A DNA stretch of 64,000 nucleotides from Candidatus Saccharimonadota bacterium (GTDB taxonomy: Bacteria > Patescibacteriota > Saccharimonadia > Saccharimonadales > AWTP1-31): NCBI GenBank assembly GCA_026395435.1, contig JAPLYT010000006.1:31587-95586 (forward strand), in the 5' to 3' direction. The translations under genes and the position numbers were made by a program. Positions within the stretch are counted from its first letter, which is position 1. Every line of letters starts with the position of its first letter. The notes under the pieces were generated by a model. That model saw only the letters and a list, made by a program, of their open reading frames with translations, did not search any database and was not told the DNA's origin. Positions 57,216 through 64,000 of this stretch are shown in pieces.

Positions 57216-57325
57216 GATTCCTGAATGGAATCCGAACCGTAGGTTCGATCACAAGCCGCTCTCGCAGAAGCTTGCTCCGAGAAAGGGGCGCAGGGAGACG
57301 CGAAGCGTTCATCCGTCCAGGTGTC
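57216..57325 (+). repeat. element B, copy 2
   Basis: The hairpin GATTCC-TGAAT-GGAATC has a compensated sequence relative to B1. The core at 57237..57324 is ~95% identical to 56360..56447 and ends GTTCATCCGTCCAGGTGT. Confidence 0.85.
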
Positions 57326-57441
57326 TGACTCGTACCCATTGTCATTCTGACAAGAAGGCTAGGTAGGACGTACAGTGGTGTACATTAGAGTCAATTCTAA
57401 AAAGCTCCTAGCTGGAGATTATTTATTGCTACAATAAAACT

Positions 57442-57738
57442 ATGAATCTTGACCAGACAAAACCTATTTCAACAAATGATGCGCAAACTAAAGATGCTGA
57501 AGCGCCCAGGCAACAGAAAAAACAACCATCAATTTTAACTTTGTTTTGGATTGTGTCTTGGGCTATTACTTTAGGCGGTGGACTCTACATTAAGCTTTTT
57601 GAGCCTTCGGATAGTGTCGCAGCTTTAGGATTAATCCCGTTTGGGCTGGCGGCAATAGGAAGTACTCCCTTAGTATTAATTCGGTGCGGATGGTCATTGT
57701 ATAAACGCCGTAAGCTTAGCACTGTAAAACCAGAATAG
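57442..57738 (+). CDS. small membrane protein (98 aa)
   Basis: ORF-track ORF with two hydrophobic helices. Confidence 0.45.
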   Translation: MNLDQTKPISTNDAQTKDAEAPRQQKKQPSILTLFWIVSWAITLGGGLYIKLFEPSDSVAALGLIPFGLAAIGSTPLVLIRCGWSLYKRRKLSTVKPE

Positions 57739-57807
57739 TTCAAACCCTTTCGACAATGGTGAACTATCAAAAAACCTATCCTATGACTTGTCTGGTATCA
57801 TAGTGAT

Positions 57808-58713
57808 ATGCCATCAATAACGCTCTCTCAAGACAAACAAGCACGAATCCGCAAGGAACTCATCGCTGCAGGAATGAATGCGTATGGCTTACTTAAGGCA
57901 GAGGCTCGGCATTTGCCTGGTATTATTCATGATGACGAAACGATAGGTGCGGCGATCTATGGGCGGGCTGAAGCCGGCGGTAGCGGGATGCTTGTAGCTA
58001 CCTCAACCCGTCTGTTGTATCTCGACCATAAGTTATTTTTCCGTAAGACCGATGAAATTTCTTACGAAGTCATCAGTGGCGTCAGTACTAACAGGCAGGG
58101 GAGATACAATAGCGTCACCGTCCATACCAAGCTTGGCGATTTTAGCCTCCGATTTGTAAACGAGAAAAGCACTAAGCACTTCGTGCACTTTATTGAGAAG
58201 ATGCAGATCGAACGAACTCAGCCAGATGTTTTGCGGAAAAACAGTCCCAAGAATAGGCAAGCTACGGTAGTGCAGTCGCTCGAAAACACCGTCAACTACA
58301 CGCAGGCTGCAAAGTTATTTTTGTCGTCACATAATGCCGGAGTGATTTCTACGGTGGGATCAGATGGCGAAGTTCATGGCAGCGTGGTGTATTACACCCT
58401 CGGCGTCGACAGCACACTATTTTTTGCCACCAAAGATCACACAACTAAGAGTATGGATATCACTACTAATCCAAACGTCGCATTTACTATCTTCGATGCT
58501 AACGAAATGCAAACATTACAGATTAGCGGAACTGCACACATAGAACAAGACCCTACGCTCGCCAGTGAGATCAAGGAACAAATCTTGCGACCTCATTTTG
58601 CGGGGACACATGTCACCGTGCCACCAATTTTGCATATTTCAGCAGGTACTTTCACGGTGATTTGCATCAAGCCGACCACATATTCATTTCACGACTATAA
58701 AACCTGGAAATAG
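57808..58713 (+). CDS. bacterial PH (YokE-like) domain fused to a pyridoxamine-5'-phosphate-oxidase-like domain
   Basis: The N-half (DDETIGAAIYGR...GMLVATSTRLLYLD...ISYEVISGV) follows the bPH pattern. The C-half (GVISTVGSDGEVHGSVVYY...FFATKDHTTKSMDITTNPNVAFTIFD) follows the PNPOx-like split-barrel pattern. Confidence 0.55.
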   Translation: MPSITLSQDKQARIRKELIAAGMNAYGLLKAEARHLPGIIHDDETIGAAIYGRAEAGGSGMLVATSTRLLYLDHKLFFRKTDEISYEVISGVSTNRQGRYNSVTVHTKLGDFSLRFVNEKSTKHFVHFIEKMQIERTQPDVLRKNSPKNRQATVVQSLENTVNYTQAAKLFLSSHNAGVISTVGSDGEVHGSVVYYTLGVDSTLFFATKDHTTKSMDITTNPNVAFTIFDANEMQTLQISGTAHIEQDPTLASEIKEQILRPHFAGTHVTVPPILHISAGTFTVICIKPTTYSFHDYKTWK

Positions 58714-58764
58714 ACACAATTGAGTCCTTTGGGATACCAACCATAACCGGTATAATAATGGGGA

Positions 58765-60450
58765 ATGGTACAAGTAAGCTTATCTTCAAGCGACGATGTC
58801 TCATTATCGCCCAAACTTGTCACTCCAGCTGCACTAGGGGTGGTTATTTTGCTGCTCATAAATTTCTTCACAAAACAGACTTTCAACTCCAATCGAACCG
58901 TGGTTCTGAGTATTGCTGTGGCACTTACCCTGTTCGCTTTTAGCCACTTTATCCCTCACCTGAAATTCGGGAAAGCCCATGCCTTCTATTTGTACTCCTA
59001 CCATTGGATTCTGGCTGGATTGCTTATTTTCATCGTTCCAGTGTTGTCCTACTATCTATATCTCTGGGTAATGCTCATTTGTATGGCTGAGTTTTTCTAT
59101 CAGGCGAAGGGCACCATTATCAGCGGTACGGCCCTATTAGCTACGATGTTGCTCGGGACGCTTTATCAATATAATGGCATCACCAAAGATTTACTCTTCA
59201 AGATAATCCCTGAATTTTCCCTCATACTTGTCGTTAACCTCATCCTTACGAGGCTTGTGTTTGGCAATCGTCAATCTCGAAAAGTGTTATCCGAAAAAAT
59301 CGTCCGAGCTGAGTATGAGCACGGCAGGTTGCTCGCGCTCATCAACTCCATGAGTGATGCGGTGGTTGCTGTAAATGACGAAGGGAAGATCACTACCTAC
59401 AACGCGGCAGTGCTCGATCTGCTCGACACAAACAAAACGCTTTCCGATACCCTCATCGATGACGTTCTGCTGCTGCAAGATGCCAAAGGCGAGTCTGTGT
59501 TGCCGTTTGAGCTTGCTAAAAACACCAAGCATATTAAGAAAACGTCAGACTACCACATCCCGCTCGATCGTAACGACCATGTTGATCTCGATATCAATAT
59601 AAGTCGGATCGGAACTTCTGGTCTGCTCGCAAAACAGCAAGGGTACATCATTTTGCTCCGTGATATCACCAAAGAAAAATCCTTAGACGAAGAGAGGGAT
59701 CTGTTTATTTCTGAAGTTAGCCACGAACTTCGCACGCCTATCACGATTGCCGAAGGTGAATTATCGATGGCCGTTATGCTGGCAGAGAAACCAGAAACGG
59801 ATGCCAAAGCCATCAAAGAGTCAGTGGTGCGCGGTCATGATCAAATAGTATTCTTAGCTGATATGGTAAATGATCTCTCGGCGCTATCTCGAGCTCAGAG
59901 AGATGACATCCAGATAGATGTCGAAACTTTCAAGATAGAGGACGTCATGAATGAAATCCTGACCACCTACAAACCACAAGCCGAAAAACGAGGCCTATGG
60001 CTCAAACTCGAAATGGCCCCAACACTGCCCGAAATTGCCACATCTCGACTATACTTCCGTGAGATACTCCAGAACTTTGTAACCAATGCCATCAAATATA
60101 CCGATCACGGTGGGGTCATCATCAAATGCCAAGCAGTCGATCGAGATAATGTCATCATTGATGTCATCGATACTGGTGCCGGCATTGCCAAGACTGAGCA
60201 ATCAAAAGTGTACGACAAATTTTGGCGATCCGAAGATCCCTACACTCGCTCAACAAGCGGTACCGGGCTGGGATTGTTCATTACAGCCAAATTAGCACAT
60301 CGAATTGGCGGAACACTTCGCCTGACGTCTAAGCTCAAAGAAGGCTCCACGTTCTCTCTGCTGTTGCCCGTCAAAGCAAAGCGCTCAAAAGACAAAGTAA
60401 ACTTCGTGAAGAGCGAACTGGCGCTATTGCTCGACAAGAATGATAGCTGA
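58765..60450 (+). CDS. sensor histidine kinase (multi-TM, PAS-like, HisKA, HATPase_c)
   Basis: H box SEVSHELRTPITIAEGEL, N box NAIKYT, G1 DTGAGI, G2 GTGLGL. The His-to-Asn distance is ~120 aa. Confidence 0.85.
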   Translation: MVQVSLSSSDDVSLSPKLVTPAALGVVILLLINFFTKQTFNSNRTVVLSIAVALTLFAFSHFIPHLKFGKAHAFYLYSYHWILAGLLIFIVPVLSYYLYLWVMLICMAEFFYQAKGTIISGTALLATMLLGTLYQYNGITKDLLFKIIPEFSLILVVNLILTRLVFGNRQSRKVLSEKIVRAEYEHGRLLALINSMSDAVVAVNDEGKITTYNAAVLDLLDTNKTLSDTLIDDVLLLQDAKGESVLPFELAKNTKHIKKTSDYHIPLDRNDHVDLDINISRIGTSGLLAKQQGYIILLRDITKEKSLDEERDLFISEVSHELRTPITIAEGELSMAVMLAEKPETDAKAIKESVVRGHDQIVFLADMVNDLSALSRAQRDDIQIDVETFKIEDVMNEILTTYKPQAEKRGLWLKLEMAPTLPEIATSRLYFREILQNFVTNAIKYTDHGGVIIKCQAVDRDNVIIDVIDTGAGIAKTEQSKVYDKFWRSEDPYTRSTSGTGLGLFITAKLAHRIGGTLRLTSKLKEGSTFSLLLPVKAKRSKDKVNFVKSELALLLDKNDS

Positions 60451-60480
60451 TCAATCTTTAGATGTGGTACAGTTTGTTTC

Positions 60481-61746
60481 ATGACCAAACTGCGATCGTT
60501 TAATGACATAGATATCGTTCTCAAGGATTTCATCCCGCCTATGCGGTCATTCCGTTCAGTTTATACGCTTGATACTATGCGTGCACTTATGCTTGCTCTT
60601 GGTAATCCGCAAAACTCCTACAAGACCATTCACGTTGCAGGTACTTCCGGTAAAACGTCCACATCATATTACATCGCGGCGCTACTTGGGCAAACCGGCA
60701 AGAAGATCGGGCTGAGTGTTTCGCCACATGTAGACAACGTAAATGAGCGGGTGCAGATCGACCTCGTTCCCCTTGATGAGCACGAATATTGCCAGCAGTT
60801 TTCAACGTTCCTACAAATCATTAACAAGTTACGCATTAAGCCTACCTACTTTGAACTTCTCATTGCCTTTGCGTTTTGGCAATTTGCACAAGAGAAGGTA
60901 GATTATGCCGTCATCGAAGTTGGGCTTGGTGGCCTACTCGACGGCACGAATGTGATTGAACGATCCGACAAAGTGTGCGTCATCGCAGATATTGGCCTCG
61001 ACCATGTGGCGGTGCTCGGGAACTCACTGGCAGGTATCGCAGCCCAAAAAGCCGGCATCACCGGAGCAGAGAACCCAGTATTTTGTTTTTCCCAATCAAA
61101 AGAAATCGATCGTTCAATCAAAGAGATTGTTTTGGCACGAGGAGGTGAGCTCCATATGCAACAATATTCAGGGGGCTCGCAAAACAGTAGCGTATTGCCA
61201 CTCTTTCAGCAGCGAAACTTTTCGCTTGCCTATCTCGCTTTCCAGTATATATGCGTCCGCGACAATCTCACGGCTCTCACGGTAGATCAAGAAGTGAGCG
61301 CCATTAGAACCTATATACCGGGGCGGATTGAGGTTACGCAAGTCCACGGTAAAACGTTGGTGCTCGATGCTGCCCATAACGCACAGAAAATGGAAGCGCT
61401 CGTAACGAGCCTGGTACAAAAATATCCGGGGAAGAAATTTGCGGTGCTGTTTGCGCTGATGAAAAGCAATGATGCCAAAGTCCACGATGTCCTCTCACTA
61501 CTTCAGCCGATAACCAGGCACCTGATTATTACTGATTTTGTAGCCCGACAAGATTTACGTAAGCATTCTTCGTCTCCTGATTATCTTGCATTGGAGGCAA
61601 AAAGCCTCGGAATTCCTCATGTACAAATCATCTTTGATACCGATGCGGCCTACCAAACACTGATTAAGCTTCCAGAAGACCACATGCTTATTACCGGATC
61701 GTTCTATCTTCTTCACGATATTCACGCTAAAATTATAGCTAGATGA
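60481..61746 (+). CDS. folC: folylpolyglutamate synthase / dihydrofolate synthase
   Basis: Mur-ligase P-loop HVAGTSGKTST plus ...VIEVGLGG and DAAHN. Confidence 0.85.
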   Translation: MTKLRSFNDIDIVLKDFIPPMRSFRSVYTLDTMRALMLALGNPQNSYKTIHVAGTSGKTSTSYYIAALLGQTGKKIGLSVSPHVDNVNERVQIDLVPLDEHEYCQQFSTFLQIINKLRIKPTYFELLIAFAFWQFAQEKVDYAVIEVGLGGLLDGTNVIERSDKVCVIADIGLDHVAVLGNSLAGIAAQKAGITGAENPVFCFSQSKEIDRSIKEIVLARGGELHMQQYSGGSQNSSVLPLFQQRNFSLAYLAFQYICVRDNLTALTVDQEVSAIRTYIPGRIEVTQVHGKTLVLDAAHNAQKMEALVTSLVQKYPGKKFAVLFALMKSNDAKVHDVLSLLQPITRHLIITDFVARQDLRKHSSSPDYLALEAKSLGIPHVQIIFDTDAAYQTLIKLPEDHMLITGSFYLLHDIHAKIIAR

Positions 61747-62216
61747 TTCGATTTATTGCAGCCATTGATGCCGAACGCGGAATTGCCAATGACCATGGTA
61801 TTCCATGGAGGGGAAAAATCCCTGGCGACATTGCTCATTTCCGTGCATCCACATTGCATAGCACTATAATGATGGGCTATGGCTGGTACAACGAACAGAT
61901 CAAGCCACTTCCTGAGCGTAAAAATCTTGTTGCTACATCGCAACCCGTGTCACTTCGTCCTGGGTTTGAAAAAATCATTGACGCCCGCGAATTCCTCGAA
62001 CATGCTAAGGACGACATTTGGGTTGGTGGCGGAGCAGGACTTTTCGCCAGTACTCTAGACCTAGCCCACGAGCTTCACTTGACCATCCTCGAAACCAGCT
62101 TTCAATGCACCAAGTTTTTTCCCGAATACAGCGACGCTTTTATACAAACAAAAACCTCGGAGCCCATCACCGAGAACGGCATCACCTACCGCATCACCGT
62201 CTGGAAACGAAAGTAA
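61743..62216 (+). CDS. folA: dihydrofolate reductase
   Basis: IAAIDAERGIANDHGIPWR...GDIAHFR...IMMGYGWY and VGGGAGLF. ATGA overlap with folC. Confidence 0.8.
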   Translation: MIRFIAAIDAERGIANDHGIPWRGKIPGDIAHFRASTLHSTIMMGYGWYNEQIKPLPERKNLVATSQPVSLRPGFEKIIDAREFLEHAKDDIWVGGGAGLFASTLDLAHELHLTILETSFQCTKFFPEYSDAFIQTKTSEPITENGITYRITVWKRK

Positions 62217-62266
62217 AAATATTGTCAGAACAGGGGTAATGTGGTAAGATCTTTAGGTTACTTTTC

Positions 62267-62284
62267 GGGCCAGTAGCTCAGCTG
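62267..62284 (+). repeat. 18-nt exact copy of the 5' end of tRNA-Lys
   Basis: gggccagtagctcagctg is identical to 62386..62403. It is followed by the 12-bp palindrome GGCATATATGCC and then diverges. Confidence 0.9.
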
Positions 62285-62346
62285 CCCGAGGCATATATGC
62301 CGAGAAGAATAATAGCACCAGTGCTCTAAGCAAATTTACCACTAAG

Positions 62347-64000
62347 CTATATTTTGAGTAGTACCTTCCAATCTAAAACAATTAAGGGCCAGTAGCTCAG
62401 CTGGTTAGAGCACCTGCCTCTTAAGCAGGGTGTCCGGGGTTCGAGTCCCCGCTGGCCCTCCACGTTACCCAAAGGTAACATTTTGATTCTGAAGATTTCA
62501 CTCAACCCTGTTATTTGACCATTATTTTGGGTTCCAAAAATTAAATCATCATAGGTTGGCGCCTTGTTGAACAATACGCTAAGAAAGTTAGCTTGTTTAA
62601 GAGGGTCTATCTGTTTTAGGAGCAGATAATCTAGGTGTTCCAAAAAGTATCTAATGTACTTCATAACGACACCCATATCGGCTGGTTTTTCCTGAATCTC
62701 AGTCTGCTTTTGATGAGTTAGGGTCTTTATTTCTTCCTCGGTTTTCATGATCTCCTCCTCCATGTATTTAATGGTTGTTTCCGAACTTAGATACTTAATC
62801 TTGTCCATAGCCATAGAGGCTTCCATCTTTAATGCTTGTATACGTGTTTCGATAACATTTTGATCCCTTCTATCTATTAATTGTCTCTTCTCCCACTCTT
62901 TCAGTACTGCTTTCTCCAAGGCCTCTACGTACTCTGGCTGTACTTGTACTGCCTTCACAAAGCGTTCAACAGTGGCATCAAACTCTTTCTTGGGGATACG
63001 GCAGTAGTGACCAGGCCTCACACAGTGATAGGCCGGATAGTACTTGCCCAATTTCCCACGCGATGCACTGCCGGAGAGTGGCTTACTACAACCAGAGCAC
63101 ATAACTACCTTCTTATATGGGAAATCAGGGTTGATGACCCGCTTCTTCTTCTGAAATTCAGGAATGGCTCGCTTAAAGATAGTCAGCTCGCCGTCAACCT
63201 CGCTGATGGCGATTTTCCCTCGATTGGCCTTATTGAACGTCTCGATAGACACAAGCCCGTCGAATTTGCATTTTAACGGTTTATAATTCGTCCATTTCTC
63301 ACTGTTAACCCCAGCGTAAATGGGGTTTTCTAGAGTTCGGCACAGGCCTTTGATGTCTAATTTAATACCGCCTTTTCGGGCAATTACCTTTGTGCGATCA
63401 ACTTTATCTCGAATCACGTCTACTCTAGTGCGAAAACCCAGCTTATTAATATGATCGACGATCTGATGGTCGTTCAATAGCCCACTACACCTTAGCTCAA
63501 ACATCTTCAAGACGAACTCGCTTTCAGTGGTTAGCGGTCGAAGTACCATTCGTTTACCGTTCTGAGTGTCTAGTGGCTCGCTCATGAAGCCGTAAGGCGG
63601 TCTTCGCATCCAGTAACCCATTCGGGTATAACGGATCTCAGCGCCGATCATACGGCTCATAATGTCGCGCATCTCGTCTTTAGCACGTTCCGCCTCTAAC
63701 ATCTCAGTTTTCTTTGAAGGCGAGAACACACTCCACTTGTACTCAAAGCCGACATGTTCGAGTGTGTTTACCTTTTGGTCACTAATAACCCCGTATATAT
63801 CCACCAATCCAACACCACAGTTGTCCAGCTGCATTTTTAAAAAGTCATAGAAGTACGAGCCACCTCTAGTAAAACGATCTATAGACTTAATAATAAGCGT
63901 CTGGACATTATTCTTTGGATCTTTACAGTAATCTATCGCCTCCTGCATCGGTTGCTGATCTTTCGATGCCGACTCAAGAAAAACAAAATACTTTTTGATA
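62347..64000 (-). CDS. large serine recombinase (N-terminus beyond window edge)
   Basis: The frame stays open upstream of the track's Met to the edge (...IKKYFVFLESASKDQQPMQEAIDYC = resolvase-domain sequence). A recombinase domain follows, then the zinc ribbon CSGCSKPLSG...YHCVRPGHYC and a coiled coil. The last ~35 codons (GLEPRTPCLRGRCSNQLSYWP...) are the antisense of tRNA-Lys. Confidence 0.85.
   Translation of the reverse strand, partial: IKKYFVFLESASKDQQPMQEAIDYCKDPKNNVQTLIIKSIDRFTRGGSYFYDFLKMQLDNCGVGLVDIYGVISDQKVNTLEHVGFEYKWSVFSPSKKTEMLEAERAKDEMRDIMSRMIGAEIRYTRMGYWMRRPPYGFMSEPLDTQNGKRMVLRPLTTESEFVLKMFELRCSGLLNDHQIVDHINKLGFRTRVDVIRDKVDRTKVIARKGGIKLDIKGLCRTLENPIYAGVNSEKWTNYKPLKCKFDGLVSIETFNKANRGKIAISEVDGELTIFKRAIPEFQKKKRVINPDFPYKKVVMCSGCSKPLSGSASRGKLGKYYPAYHCVRPGHYCRIPKKEFDATVERFVKAVQVQPEYVEALEKAVLKEWEKRQLIDRRDQNVIETRIQALKMEASMAMDKIKYLSSETTIKYMEEEIMKTEEEIKTLTHQKQTEIQEKPADMGVVMKYIRYFLEHLDYLLLKQIDPLKQANFLSVLFNKAPTYDDLIFGTQNNGQITGLSEIFRIKMLPLGNVEGQRGLEPRTPCLRGRCSNQLSYWPLIVLDWKVLLKI
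62386..62462 (+). tRNA. tRNA-Lys (anticodon CUU), CCA encoded
   Basis: GGGCCAG/TA/GCTC-AGCTGGTTA-GAGC/A/CCTGC-CTCTTAA-GCAGG/GTGTC/CGGGG-TTCGAGT-CCCCG/CTGGCCC/T/CCA. Confidence 0.9.

Larger units (their letters stand above)
62285..64000. mobile_element. left end of a putative integrative element (serine-recombinase type) associated with tRNA-Lys
   Basis: Core genes (folC, folA) end at 62216. After that come the partial tRNA copy, the full tRNA and the recombinase. The extent to the right is unknown. Confidence 0.5.

Noticed and set aside
56145-57345. ORFs 56145..56435(-), 56127..56513(+) and 57160..57345(-), which share the peptide GRMNASRLPAPLSRSKLLRE
   Set aside because: The shared peptide is just the translation of repeat element B (tRNA-like, hairpin-rich). 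One of these ORFs also runs antisense into the tRNA-Arg gene. I treat the region as non-coding repeats.

Overview
The window is a gene-dense chromosomal segment from a small-genome, monoderm-type bacterium using the standard code. The gene set is FtsH-MurJ-LepA, TilS, TGT, SHMT-FolC-DHFR, MurA/MurB, a sortase, almost no metabolism, and many very large Thr/Ser/Gly-rich surface proteins. This suggests a Patescibacteria/CPR (Saccharibacteria-like) organism, but that placement is inference only. I found two tRNAs (Arg-UCG, Lys-CUU) and no rRNA, CRISPR array or reverse transcriptase. The accessory content is mostly cell-surface systems, and seven items stand out. (1) A translationally coupled three-gene cohesin/dockerin set (membrane anchor, cohesin+dockerin adaptor, CBM-like dockerin cargo) plus a GH114-like hydrolase sits between hrcA-grpE and dnaK-dnaJ. 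(2) A 2178-2189 aa GLUG/FN3 adhesin-like protein is fused to a histidine-kinase core. Its canonical phospho-acceptor position is Lys, and a better His-box lies between transmembrane helices. (3) A 56-aa LPNTG mini-protein missed by the ORF track lies upstream of a sortase that is ATGA-coupled to a processive GT2 synthase. These sit in a locus with a CE4 deacetylase, a GH10-like enzyme and a GGDEF protein. (4) tatA-tatC is co-oriented with three signal-less fibre-like genes and lies divergent from a 67-aa RK-type Tat-signal peptide. (5) There is a WxL/DUF916-like surface locus. (6) Two intergenic repeat families with covarying stems and tRNA-3'-half-like ends each flank a single-gene islet, one of them next to tRNA-Arg. 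(7) A large serine recombinase reads antisense across the whole tRNA-Lys gene, and an 18-nt copy of the tRNA 5' end lies upstream. All family calls come from reading motifs by eye; no searches were run.
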